Assembly: GCA_040357565.1 (NCBI GenBank)
Contig: JBDODJ010000013.1
DNA: 64,000 bases
Reading direction: 5' to 3' (one strand)
Source: Cercozoa sp. M6MM
Taxonomy: Eukaryota; Protista; Endomyxa: Ascetosporea
Below, piece by piece: positions 26,371-38,800 of this stretch (within the stretch, counting starts at the first letter, position 1; the number at the start of each line of letters is the position of its first letter). Below the pieces are notes generated by a model. The model saw only the letters and a program-made list of their open reading frames with translations. It did no database searches and was not told the DNA's origin. The translations under genes were made by a program, and so were the position numbers.

Positions 26371-26475
26371 GATCTACTTTAAACGCAGGTTTTCTTTAAA
26401 AAAATACAGTCAGCTGTGATACCTTTTGACGATGAACGCCCCGTTTAGTTGTGGCCAGGTTGACTCGGAGATCGA

Positions 26476-26943
26476 ATGCGCCCCGTGCGAGCACAGCCTG
26501 CACGCGGAGAGAGAGCTTCGGATCTGCCACATGTCAGACTCAAGTTGCTGCTCCCAGTGACACCGAGTCGCGGACAACTACGTCATGCGATACTCTCTGC
26601 CCGGACGCGTAATGAAAAACGGCTTCGAGACGTTCGAAAAAGTGAACGTTCCTGCAGAATTCACACTCTCCGCAAGGATTCGCACCGGAAAAAGAAGTTC
26701 ATGCGATCTGGCGAAGGAGCTCGCGGGCTGCGCTTCAAAATCGAAACCTCACCTGCTATCGCCCAAACAAAAGGGTGGCAGTACTACCGCGACAAAGCCG
26801 ACGAAAACCAGTGGAAGTACACTTACGCTGTCGTGATGACAGGGAAACGGAGATATTCGTGTTTTTCGTTGCAGCATTTACGAGTCGACAGCCCCGGAGC
26901 GAAGGTTCACCTTCGATCTCGAAAAAGACGCAGAAGCAATTAG
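26476..26943 (+). CDS. Possible short basic protein; strand ambiguous
   Basis: 155-aa + strand ORF. However, a strong minus-strand donor (gtaagt at about 26826) suggests the region could instead hold 5' exons of the neighbouring minus gene. Confidence 0.25.
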   Translation: MRPVRAQPARGERASDLPHVRLKLLLPVTPSRGQLRHAILSARTRNEKRLRDVRKSERSCRIHTLRKDSHRKKKFMRSGEGARGLRFKIETSPAIAQTKGWQYYRDKADENQWKYTYAVVMTGKRRYSCFSLQHLRVDSPGAKVHLRSRKRRRSN

Positions 26944-27075
26944 GTGAAACATGTGAGCACAATCTCATCTTTTACCTAATTTTGACCTATTTCTTCGCAG
27001 ATATCTGAACTCTTCTTTCGGTACACAGCATCGCAAAAATTTTATTTTAAAAGCACGAAGCTAATCTTCTCTTGA

Positions 27076-27633
27076 ATGGGAAGACAACGACTGCGAAACA
27101 TCACACAAAGCATGAAGCTGTCTCCGACCAAATACAGTCAGCGCAAGCAACTTGTTGTTTCATTCGACGACGCCGATGTGACGGAGGAACTTGAGTCTCC
27201 TTCACAGCGACGTCTAGCCTCTGTGGAAACAGCAAAAGATCTATATCAATACCTTGTTTCAACTTCAAAACAGAAAGAAAGCGAGATCCCTTACTACAGG
27301 CGAGTCCAAAGTGCAAAGACCTCTCGAATTGATATCCTGTCTCAGCCAAAGGAACCTCGAAACTACCCAGAGCGGATAAATTTCGAGCAGTAAGTTGGTT
27401 TTACGTCGATTCTGTAAATGTTAGTTCGATTTGCTTTCAGTTCGGAGTTCAAAAAACTACTTGTCTCGCCGCACAAACTACCAAAAAAGGCACGCTGCCG
27501 ATCCGCACGTCGAGCTCCGCATAGAGTTCAGACTCAAAGATGGGAATCATTTGAGCGCAATAAAGACGATCAGAGAATGTATGCGATCGTGCGAGAGGAG
27601 ATCAAGCGATTCGAGGATGCCTTGTTTTGTTAA
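27076..27633 (+). CDS. Hypothetical basic protein, two exons
   Basis: ORFs 27076-27393 and 27418-27633 joined by a gtaagt...ttcag intron; contains RIDILSQPK. Confidence 0.55.
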
Positions 27634-27713
27634 CTTCAGCGATATCGACTGGCAACTGAAACTCCGAAAAGACTGCAGTAAAAACTCGGACTGTCGATTG
27701 CGCTGCTGACATC

Positions 27714-28885
27714 ATGTTATTCAAACTTTCAATGTTTCTGCTCGTCGCTCTTGTCAGTGTTTTGACGCGATGTGTGAACATTGTGGTGGCAAGTGGGACC
27801 TCCGTGCAGCAGTTTAATTTGTGCAACATTCCACTGCCGATTCCGCTGCAACTGTCATCGACAGTGACTGCTGCGGAAATAAAATGTGAGTTGCGGTCCC
27901 TCAACGTCACTGCGCAGAGAAGACTTCTGCGTTACGAAGTGTCAGATCTACGTCTTGACGGTCTGGGAGAGAGTGGCCGGGAGCAACCCTCAGTCCGTAT
28001 TTTTGTCAATGGACAAGAACGAACTGACCTCAGCTGCACGGGACTTCTCGGACAGTGCAGAAAGAGTTTTGTCGCCGTGTTTGACGACATACAAACAGTA
28101 TTCGTAGTTGCGCCTGGTTTCGCCAAGGAACAAACTGATACTATACAGTTGTGATACGTAGGCGTCTTGGTCTATCCGCGTGGAGTGCCTGGTTGCAGGC
28201 CAGTGCGGAAACTTGCAGCTGCGACAACTGTCCAGCAGTGAGGCGGCCCCACGCCTTCTAGGAAAGAACGAAAACGATGCAGGACCAAGTGTTCCAACGA
28301 TCAACGTTGGGGAAGGGCAGTTCACGTTGCGTGCAGTCGCACTTGACACTTCAGCTGGCTGTGCCGATATCGACCTCAACTGCCGCGTCGGAACCGAGAA
28401 AGGCGGCATTCCTGCGCCATGCTCCTGTGTATTTTAAACTTCAACTAAACTGAGAAAGATCTCAGAGTCTAAAATTTGTCTACACGTGCACTGAACAGCT
28501 TTCAGTTGAATCACCAACACGAATGATGGTCGCGTTGGGCGAGCCGCTGCGCAGGAAAGGCGACCTTCGCGTTCGAATGTCGGTGCGCGGACGACGTGAA
28601 GCCACAGTGTTCGTCGCCACTGTGAAAAATGGTGACTCCAACAAGGTCTTCATTGGAACACTTGTGATCGGCTGTGTCCTCGTTTGTTGCATTTGCTGCT
28701 GCTTCGTCGCGCACTACGCACTGACGCGTCGTAAAAAGTCTCAAGCTGCTCGCCAGGAAGGCCAAGCGGAAAAGAAACTGCCTTCACGATCATCCGAGTC
28801 GTCTCCGTCGAGTTCGAGTCGCAGTACTAGCAGAAGCAGTTCCAAAACCACATCTACTTCAAGTTCCACGAGCACGAGCTCATAA
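27714..28885 (+). CDS. Type I membrane protein: signal peptide, Cys-containing beta-rich ectodomain, TM helix with Cys cluster, Ser-rich tail
   Basis: Signal MLFKLSMFLLVALVSVLT; TM VFIGTLVIGCVLVCCICCCFVAHYAL followed by RRKK; three exons. Confidence 0.7.
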
Positions 28886-29079
28886 ATGATCCAGATGAAT
28901 CTGAGATATGAAGACTGTGCTTGTGTCGAGTCGTGTATGTACAGTAACAGTAACTTACAGCTGCGCTTGTGTCGGTACACAACCGATCGACTCGTCACAT
29001 CGCATGTTATTCAATAAGTTGCGGACGGAGACGTGAAAGCCTAGCTGCAGTATCTGTGCATGCTGGCAAAACTCCAAGG

Positions 29080-30647
29080 TTACTGCATGGCAGCGAGCGC
29101 ACGCTCGGCGCGCTGCGTGTCAGACTTGCCAGTCGGGTAGTACTCGCGGAACAAAGGCGACAGCTCATGCTCGGTGCTTTCGAGTTGCTTTAGCTGCTTG
29201 TCCTGCCAGTCCGGGTTGGAGAAGCCGAGCTTGAGGTCCGGGTACTGCACCGGGTAGACGCCCAGATCTTCGCCCAGAATATCAGCATCCAGAGGAACAG
29301 GCGTTCCCCACCAGGCAGCGCGGCCGTCTGTCTCAAATTGTACAGTGAAATTTGGTCAACCAAAACTTGAGTTTAGAAAGCTGGATAACTCACTCGGCCA
29401 GTGGTGATCAAACACGCCGAAACGAGTGCGAGCGTGCAACAGCACCGACAGACCGCCGCGACGGGTTTGAACGAAATCCATAACTTCCTCTGCACACACA
29501 AGTTTCACAAAACTGCACCAAAAAACCTGAAAGCACAAAGTAGAGATACGGAAGTATTCGGCAGGCGTCCAAACTTCGTACTGTGGCATCGGGTGCGGAC
29601 CAACCGCTTTCTACACACAACAGATCAGTGGAATTTCCTGTGGGTCTTGTAAAAATAGAAAAAGTGAACAAAGGGATACCTCCCAGAACTTGCCGGGCAC
29701 ACAAACGAACTTGCCTTCTTCGACAGCTTCATTGAGCGCGTTGTACAGAGCGAGTGCTTCCTCGCGTTCCTTGGGACTCGACGGCTTGTGGTACACGTGG
29801 AAGTGCCACTCACGCGATTCCGCTACCAGCGGGAAGTCGGCCGCCTCCCAGTTGTACACATGACGCAGCTTCCACTGTGCAACAACGATTTAAACACTCC
29901 GCCAAAGTTAAAAAGACAGGAAAAACACACTTTTCGGCAGTTCACTTTCGCTTCGATCTCGGACAGAGAGTGGAAGGTCCAGTCGACGCCTAAAGCATTG
30001 AATAAACTGAATAAAACATCAGTGAGACAACTGGAGAGAAAAAATACCGTCAGCAGAGGCAACTTCGCTGGCCGGAGCGCAGACAACGTTGAGCTTGCCG
30101 AGCGTTCCATCCGGCAGCTGCGGCCGCAGCATCACCGAGGTGAATAAAGCACTAATCCAAAAAGATGAAGAGTAACGCCCAACCTCCTAGAGTTCAAGTT
30201 TAAAGAAAGGTACTCAGTGACACTGCCTCTAAGCGGATGCATCTCCGTTGCCGGAGTGCTCCAATGCGCCAGATCGTGGCATTCATCGCCGCTCACGCTT
30301 CGCAAGAAGGCACCGCTACCAGTATGATCGCAGCGCTCGTCAAAGTTGCCTCCAAGAGTCACTTCGACCAGTTGACTGAAAGAACGAGATCATACGGGCC
30401 GAAATGCAGGTATCTGAAACATTTTACCCTTCGACACGCTCGCGATGCACGTAGTTGTGCTCCTGGAAGTCGCAGAAATCCCAAAGCTCGCCTTTGTTGC
30501 TACAAAACCCATCTCAGAAAATGCGAGAAAACCAAAGCAAAAAAAAAAAAAAAAAAAAAACGAAGCGTACTCAGTGAAGGCACACGCGCCCTTGTCGGCA
30601 GTGACTATCGCCGCGCTTGCCAACAAAGCAGCGAAAAACAGTTTCAT
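29080..30647 (-). CDS. DOPA 4,5-dioxygenase family protein (fungal/bacterial DODA type) with N-terminal signal peptide and a 6-Cys MRH-like domain
   Basis: Spliced C-terminal half reads WHFHVY...EALALY...KAVGPHPMPQYEVWTP...RGGLSVLLHART...DHH...AAWWGTPVPLD...QYPDLKLGFS, the DOPA_dioxygen signature. N-terminus is MKLFFAALLASAAIVTA. All junctions checked are GT-AG and in frame. Confidence 0.85.
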
Positions 30648-31013
30648 CTGGCTTCGCTGGGTCTGGAGAAACTTTACACTCAGTTCAGTCGGACACAGAT
30701 GCACATCCTACTGTACCCTATACGACGGAGGCACAGTTAATCAGTCTTAATTTGACCTGGGCCCCTGGCCTTTCAGCAGAGAATCCATGCCAGAATCACA
30801 TTTTACCTGAATCACAGTGGTGATTGAGGTCAACACCGCTGTCCTGCGCCAAATCCTGGAATAAACACACTCAGCGTGTTCTCGAGTGTGCTTCCATACT
30901 TTAGTAGCGCACGTACAGTTTAATCGGGCGATCGGCGTGACGTGGAATTGGCATGTGTTTTGGGTCGTGCGGTGTTGGGCGTCAGGCAGTCAAGGCGATG
31001 TGTCTCTCCCAAG

Positions 31014-34000
31014 ATGCAGCGACGCGAGGCATCACTACGATGTGCCTGTTTGCTCACAGTGAGTGCACTTCATGGGCGCAAGATCCCGACGCGAGTCTTT
31101 GAAGCAATGGAGCAAACCTTGCCCTGCACTGACCAGGACAGCACCAATGCAGATAGCGACGGAAGCAACAGGCTGGGAGCACACGCGATCATTGCGACTT
31201 ACGAGTTTGAAAACAACGCTTGGTGGCGAAAGCTCGGTAACGACTCGGTTTTGAAGTGGGCTTTTAGTGATCAAACTGGCGTGTCCTTCAGTACTGGGTG
31301 CGTGTTGGACGATTTGCGCCTTGAGTCTTCTATCTACTTCACACGTTTCATACCGTGAGCTACGCTTTGGTTGTTTTTAGCGATTTAACAATTTTATATT
31401 TTGCAGTTTGGCTTTTACTGACCGAAATTCTCTGTGTCATAATTCTGTCGATCGATTTGGTAAAATAAAGTTTAAAACTTCTCTAAGAACCCCCTCTTAC
31501 TCGTCGAACGCGCAGGTGGTCATACGTCTGACTCGCGAGCGCACCACCTTGTGCCGATGGCTGTGGCTGCTTGCACTTGTTGCCTGCATCTGTGATATCG
31601 CTTCTGATGTAAAATTCACTCTGTTATTTTTGACCAAAGGATGCAACTTTGCTGATTGGTTGGCCAGACTCGTGTGTCACTGCCGCTACGTGCGGTGTTT
31701 CTGGCGGTAAGAGCCACTGGAGTTCGATCAATGTTATCGCAAGCCATCAGATCGATTCCTCGTGTGGCACCCGCCGTTTGTGCCCTGTTCTGTGTTCTAG
31801 CCGCCTTTGGTCTTGTGGGCTACTCGCTCTTTACTCAAGCAAGCGAGGATTTTGGCTCTGGTACTGAACTGTACAGCTTACAGTTTTAGTTTGTCTTCAG
31901 CTTTCATTTTTTGTTCGGTTTTTTCATTCTGTTGTTTCTGCAATTTAGTATCAAGAGCGATGACGACGCTGTTGCACTTCCTGGCCGGTGCAACCAACAG
32001 TCCGGATGCTGCCTTACCACTGGTTCGCAAGTCGGTACAGTAGTCAAAAAAATTTAACCTGAAGATGTATGATATTATTTTTTACTTGTTCTTGAATTTG
32101 ATCAGGCAGCGAGCTATCTGTTCTTCGTTGCGTTTGCCTGCGTCGCATTATTTCTGCTGTCAAACGTCGTTCTGGCACTCTCTTATCGTTCGGTATCCTA
32201 TTGGTTTTGTTGTTTTGTTGCGTTTCTTCATCCTCGTTTATTGAACGCAGTACAAAACTGAGGCTCAAGCCTGTGTTCGGCTGCAGCTTTCGTAAATTCT
32301 GCTTCCACAAGGGTTGAGTGTTTTGAGTTCCTTTTTTTCAGCTGCGCCAAAAGGAATCTTCAGCTCGCCTTCCGTTTCTTGAGTCAGTTAGATGAGTCTT
32401 CAAATGGTATAATTTACCTTTCTCGTGCACCTCTTTTTTGAAATTACAAACAACTGCAGTGTCGAGAGTGACATTTCGCGACTTTTTTTGGGGGTTTTGC
32501 GGACACACCGACACGTGCCTTGCCGATGCGGTTGTACACACAACTTTGTTATTTTGCAAAAATACAGTTTTTTGGATGCCTACCTTTGCAGTTCGACGCA
32601 ATGACCGACAGCGAGAGTTCCTTGAGCGAAGAAACCTTCACGAGACATGCGATGGACTAGTAAGTTGTCAAACTTCAGTTCAATGTCCACGTTTTTTTTT
32701 TTTTGCAGTTTGAACAACACTTTCGTCGATTTGAGGCCCATCGGTTGCAGAAACAATCACAGTGATGTTTCCGTTCGTTTGCGAATTTGGCAGGTTTGTT
32801 GATTTTAATCCAACGAAGAAATGAAATCAAACTTGGACTTTTGGCTACTCCAGTGGGCCAACAGACACCAAACATTGTTGGAAGCACTCACTGATGCAGT
32901 TTTGTGCGCCAATGGAGTCGTTCTCGTTGCACAAGCTTCGCATGTCATGAGTGGGTTTCAGTTTCATCCGCACGGATGATCCGCCGAGTCGCTCAAAACT
33001 ACTATGTGCAGCCATAAATCCGGCCGTAAACACGGCATTTCTGGTGATTTTCGTGGCCGAACTGTCGCTGAAACTGTCGTTTGTTGGTGGATTTGCAAAG
33101 CACACAGTTTTCCCGAATTCTAACCGAACTTTTGAGATTTTCGACAGGGCGACGCTTCTTTGTGAATCCATGGAACAAGGTAGAACTGGTTTTTACTTGG
33201 AGTAATCAATCGTTTTTCATATTTTTTATACCTTTAGCTTGATCTGCTGCTGGTTTTCGGAAGTGCAGCGGGAACGCTGTTCTTCTCGGCTCGACACAAC
33301 TTTTCTGCTCTCAGGGTTCTTTTAATTTATTCAGCTGCGATTACATGACGGATGCTCGTGCAGGTGTTTCGGCTGGCGAGACTGGCGCGCCGAGTGCCTC
33401 ATTTCCGTCGTGTGTGGGTTGCTTTGACGCACATCCTCCCGGCACTGAGACAACTGCTGGCGTTGCTGTTTTGCATGGTGTACACTGGCGCTTCGGTGTT
33501 CCACTTGCTGCTTCGAGACACACGAAGAACGATCCCTCCTGCGGTACCTGCTGGTGTCAACAGTATGTGCAATTCCAATGACTTCTGGACTACATACACG
33601 GTAGTTTGAGTCGTTCTGCTTTTTTGACTGAAGCAACTGAGAGTTTGAAAGCACAGACGCAGCACTATGCAGAGGTGCATTTTGACACAATGACGCGTTC
33701 TCTGATGACGAGTTTCTCCTTGCTGCTCGTCAATCAGGTCAGTAGAAATTTGCACTTTCATTGTGAATTCTAGAGTGTGTGTTGTAGTGGCATGTGATAT
33801 CGGAAAGCTACGTCTGCTTCACGCAAAGCACGCTGATTCGTTTGCCCTTCCTTCTGTTCTGGGTTATTGCAGGTATGTAAATTTAAATGACATCGCAAGT
33901 TCCCATTCATACGATCGGAATTTAAATTCTACTGTCACAGTACTCTTGCTGAGCAACACCTTTGCCTCGTTTTTGATTGACGTGTTTGGAGCTGCGTTGG

Positions 34001-34346
34001 ATGCACAAAGGTACCACTGAGGTATCCCTTTCATTCGAGTGGAGTCATTGATTGAACCGGAAGGCACAAACGACACGTGATAACTGGCTTGCCGATGCAC
34101 TGGCGTGTTGTGCCGTACTCGCACATCTTTCAGCTGCGACGTCTCTGTGAGCACGTTCCAGAGGAACGATTCGATTCCTTCGTGATCCTTAACAATCGTG
34201 ACGATGGCAGCATTTGCAAACTTCCAAGCGACAGCAGCCTACGACTCAGTCTATACGACTGTCATCGCAACAAGGTCGAAGTTCCAACCCTGCGTATTCG
34301 AACTTCCACCAGCAGCACCGAAATGGCTCAGCGTCCGTGTGACTGA
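31014..34346 (+). CDS. Two-pore channel (TPC)-like cation channel, divergent; multi-exon
   Basis: Two 6-TM repeats: 'RVSLPLRAVFL...VRSMLSQAIRSIPRV...FGLVGYSLF', pore I 'TTLLHFLAGATNSPDAALP', S6 'YLFFVAF...LSNVVLA', S4-II 'RLARLARR...ILPAL', pore II 'HFDTMTRSLMTSFSLLLVNQWH', and S6-II 'LSNTFASFLID'. Confidence 0.82.
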
Positions 34347-34420
34347 CTACTGCAAAATTGACTTGAACCGAACGGACGCGAATTCGGTTTCGCTTAGCGT
34401 AACTTCACTAGACTGCACAG

Positions 34421-34590
34421 TCAGCCGGAAACGAGTGGCCGATTCCATTGTTCCATCAGCTTGCGTTGGAATCCATCAGTTTTATCTGACGTGATGCGAC
34501 TCTTAAGCTTCAGTTCTCCGGGGGTAAAAGCCATGTGCGGTGGTTCAGATAATAGTCGATTAAAACGCCGTTTTTGACGCGTTCGCTGTA
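34421..34590 (-). CDS. Probable terminal exon of a minus-strand gene whose remainder is lost in the N gap
   Basis: On the minus strand a (TG)n tract is followed by an acceptor 'ttcgcag' and an open frame ending ...NRPLVSG*. Confidence 0.3.
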
Positions 34591-34610
34591 ACTGCGAATC
34601 GAAAACGATC

Positions 34611-34611
<1 letters not shown>

Positions 34612-34700
<89 letters not shown>
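34612..34700. repeat. (CA)n microsatellite abutting the assembly gap 34701-34800
   Basis: Directly visible in the sequence. Confidence 0.97.
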
Positions 34701-34800
34701 NNNNNNNNNNNNNNNNNNNNNNNNNNNNNNNNNNNNNNNNNNNNNNNNNNNNNNNNNNNNNNNNNNNNNNNNNNNNNNNNNNNNNNNNNNNNNNNNNNNN

Positions 34801-35031
34801 CATTTAAACATAACTCCCTTAAACATGTCCCTTTAAAGTCGCCCCCTCTTCACTCCCCTCTCATCTTCTACTTTATTCCCTACGCCCAGATGTACGTGGA
34901 GCGCGGGAATCCGCGACTGGAATCACCAGTGCCGCATGCGACGCCACGTCAACCTCAGCACGTACCTCCTGCGGGCTATCTTTAAGGGGGCGACTTTAAA
35001 GGGACATGTTTAAGGGAGTTATGTTTAAATG
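34801..35031. repeat. Perfect 47-bp inverted repeat (34801-34847 and 34985-35031) with a 137-bp spacer
   Basis: catttaaacataactcccttaaacatgtccctttaaagtcgccccct is the exact reverse complement of agggggcgactttaaagggacatgtttaagggagttatgtttaaatg. Confidence 0.95.
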
Positions 35032-35623
35032 GATATTCATGTGTTTATGGAGGCAGTACAAGGACGACGACGAGGACGCGTACGCGCGAGCCAAGGCGGC
35101 GTCAGTGCGAAGTTACTACGAAGGCGTGCTGCACCACCAGCTGCGCCAGCAGACCGAGTTCTGGGAGGCCAAGCTGCGACGCTTTCGGGAGATCAGTGAG
35201 TATCTTGCCTCCCCTCTTACTCCCTACGCCTTTAACCCTAACCCTCTCCCTTCCACAGTCTTCAACACGGACTGGCGGAGCGGCGTGCCGAGGAGGAGTC
35301 GCTCAACTCTAAGATTGTCCGACAGGAGCGCGTGCTGCAGCAGACACGTGAGGAGCACAGTTTCGCCCGCGAGATCAACGAGTCGCTGAGTCAGCAGCGA
35401 CACCTGTGGACTCGCTCCGACTACTATGAGGAGGATGCTGATTATTGTGACGCACCTGCCGACCTGCAGAAGCAACTGCGGCAACAGCAACGTAACTATT
35501 TCTGTCCCTCCGACCTTTCAAATTTTGCTTTTGTTTGCTGGCTTGCAACGCAATTGCTCAGGTGCCATCCAGGAACTAGAGCAGCGACGCGATCGACTCA
35601 TGCGCAGATTGAACTTTTCTTGA
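34890..35623 (+). CDS. BRAP2/IMP/ETP1-like protein, C-terminal coiled-coil part (5' end in gap)
   Basis: 'AKAASVRSYYEGVLHHQLRQQTEFWEAKL' and 'IQELEQRRDRLM' resemble the BRAP pattern K.....EY..LLTSQLESQR.YWE ... EIQEQLRDVM. The diagnostic RING and ZnF-UBP domains are not visible. Confidence 0.5.
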
Positions 35624-35824
35624 TTTTGCGAATACTTGCTACTTTACGTTACTGGCGTTTCTTTCTAGACGAGACATCGATCGACCGACGCCAGCTATAG
35701 TTACCTCGCCTAGAGCGGCCTATGGTGTCGAGATAGACTGAACTAACCAACTACCGGCACCGCGTTCCCATCGAATTCAGTTCGGCGCCGACGTAGGTCG
35801 TTCAGCGTTTGGTCACGCAAGAGC

Positions 35825-38800
35825 CTAGAACGCAGCCCAATCGACGTCAGCAGCGGCAGCAGGTTCGGGCGTGGCCGGTACGGGCGAGGCCTCCCAGTCA
35901 ACGTCACCTGCACTCAACAGAGGATTCGCGACGCAGCTCGAACGCACACATCTCTCGAAACTAAACTACCAAAAGGATCGTCGTTCTTGTCGGTCGTCAC
36001 AGGACTCTCCTTCTGCTGTTCTTCGTGAGTGCTGGGGTTGTTGTGCGTTTCAACGTAGGGAGAGGCATCAGCAAACGGGTCGTCGCTCGTGTCTGAGCGA
36101 AAACATGTCACATCAAAGAAACGGCTATGGCTTAAATTGCAGCAGGTACCGTTGGATCCAAAAACGTCGTGCGTGTCGTTGCTCTTGACATCGGCAGCGC
36201 TATCATGAGCAGCAGCAGCAGCAGCAGTGTCGAAATCGTTCCACGCATCCGCACCGGCACTTGAGGGTTCCTCTTCCGGCTTGGCTTGCTCTCCGAGTTC
36301 TATCGATGCACAAACATACTTGCAGTAGCACAGGTCTGGGTTGATTGTACCAGGCGCAGGCTCCACAACCACATTCAACTGACTGACGCCTCCGTCGATT
36401 TGCGCAACATCGGCGTCCAGTGCGTCAATTTCCAAGTCCATGTCCATATCAATGCCCAGGTCAATGTCCTAAAAATTGACCCACTCGTTCACGCGAAACA
36501 GGGGAAAAGCTTAGGACAGCATAGGCAACACCTCATCATCGTCGTCGCAGTTGTCCACGAAAGCGGCAACGTCGAATGTTTCGGCAGCCTGCAAAATGTT
36601 CAACTGGACTAAACACTTTGATAAAGACCAGAAATAGAAAGACCACATCGACGCCATGCACGATCTGCTGTTCCACCGGTTCAATTAGTTCCTCTGCCTG
36701 TTGTTCTTGTTGCACTGGCTGTTCGACGAACTCAAGTTGCGGCTCATCTTGCACTGGCGTCGCAGCAAAATGGGCTTCGAAACTCGCACTTTCCGACTTA
36801 ATTTCTATCCACAGTTCATATATATATATATATATATATATAAATGTATGTGCACAGATAGAGAATACCAACATTGGCGAAAGGATCATCGTGGTTGGAG
36901 AAGGCGTCAAAACCACCGCTGCTGCTGGCTGCATTCGCAGTATCTTCGGTCGCAGCTGGCACCGCAAAGTCCTCAAACAGAGCTTCAGCGGGCTTGGTTT
37001 CGGGCTGTTGCGCCTTTTACAAAACGAAACATCCAAAAAAGTTGCAACGACGATAAGACAAAAAGAAACCTCATGCGACACGGTCGAATGATGACTCGAT
37101 GTTTCAAACACCTTTTCATGAGCTTTTCCGGGTGCGAAATCCTCCTGCGCAAGAGATTTGACTAAAAAAACTGCTACACGTGATCGCTGCAAGCTCACAG
37201 CTGGTGCGTCGAAAACATTCTCAAACACGTCATTCTCCACTTCAAGCGCAGCGAGTGCAGCTTCTTCTTGCTCCTTCTGTAGTCGCAGCTGCTCCTACAA
37301 GCACAGAATTTCCACATAAACTATTCTTGGTCGCTATAAGAACATCGTACAGCAAGTAGTCGAGCTTGCTCACGTTCAGCACGCAAATTATCAATTTCAA
37401 GTTGACGTTTTTCAGCTTCCGCGCGGATCTGGGTGATCGCCCCTGCAAAGAGATTTGTTCAGCGCAAATAAAAACTGACAGTACGGACAGCGAGAGCACG
37501 TGTAAGCTTCTGGATTTCGGACTGCAATTGAGTGGTCTCCTGTCGCAAGGTCGACAATTCGTCGTCAGCTGCGTCAGTTTTTTCGCGTAACTCGCCAAAA
37601 ACTCGCTGCTTTTCGGCGTGTTCCTGACAACAACTGAAATTGGAAGCAGTGTAGAAACTGAGTTGATTATAATCTACCTGTCTGAGTAGAAGAACTTCGG
37701 CTCGAAGCGGTGCCACGCGTGCTTCGCGCTCTTGCAGTTCCTTCTGCGAAGCCGCATGCAGAGAAACAAAGGTATTGAATCTTGACGAACTGTACTCGTT
37801 CAGCGTCGATTTGCGGTTGCAGCAAGCGGTTCTGGCCCATCAGAACTCCCTAACAGAAAGATAACAAGTTTGTTTCCTCAATAACACACCAGCCGAGTAC
37901 CTTCTCAGCGAGCAGTTGCTCTTCGGTTTCTTGAACTTTCTTCTTCTGCCCAAACACCAGTGTGCAACCAAGTTCTAAGCAGCCGGTAAGAAGAGAAAGT
38001 TACCGAAGGAGTCGAAGGCAAGCTGTGTGTACTCGAAACAGATCTCGTCGACGGCGTGCGATGGTGGTTCTATATTGCACATTTCGATACTTGTTTCATA
38101 CCTTTCATATAACAGGTCCGCTTACCCTGGGTACACTGGGTACACTGGTGACACTGACGGCGCCCACTGAGCCGCCTTTGTTAATACAATCTTCCACAAT
38201 GCTTGCACGTGCCTGAAGCATCACATAGGAGGCCAAAGAAGGTAACACCATAAACTTGAGATACCTGTGAAAGCAGCAGTTTCTGCTCATCCTGCGACAA
38301 CAGAGGCACGAGCGACAGCGGCAAGTGCTTCAACTCTGTGTTGGGTGCGTTGAAAAAACACAAGCGGGTACCAAGTGAAATTGTACCAACAGAAGGCGCT
38401 CGTTGAAGTAAGGTCAGCGTCGCAACGAATTCGCCTTCACTGTAGCTGCCCTCTGTCACAAAGATTATCAACAGAAAAACATGGATTTGCAGAAATGGAA
38501 AAAGCGCACGTTTCTTGAGATCGCCAAGCAGAGCAAACGCTTGCTTTTGTGCCGGTGAACTAAAACATTTAACAGAATGAAAGTGAAACAAGCTTTAAAT
38601 ACGTGCAGGTACAGTTTCGGCGCCTGAGCGAAAACCTTGGCGGCTGCAACTCGCGGCAATCGCGCCTTGACAACACAAACACAAAGATTGCAGAAACAAC
38701 GACACCAAAACATGCACCGCAAAAGCTACGTTAGGAATATCGCGTGTCAGACGGCGAAACAGCGAAACGAAACGTTCTCTCTCGGTTGGATTCGGAGCAA

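Noticed and set aside
12302-34346. Calcium-signalling gene cluster (PMCA plus TPC)
   Set aside because: The genes are 13 kb apart with about 8 unrelated genes between them; there is no evidence beyond chance.
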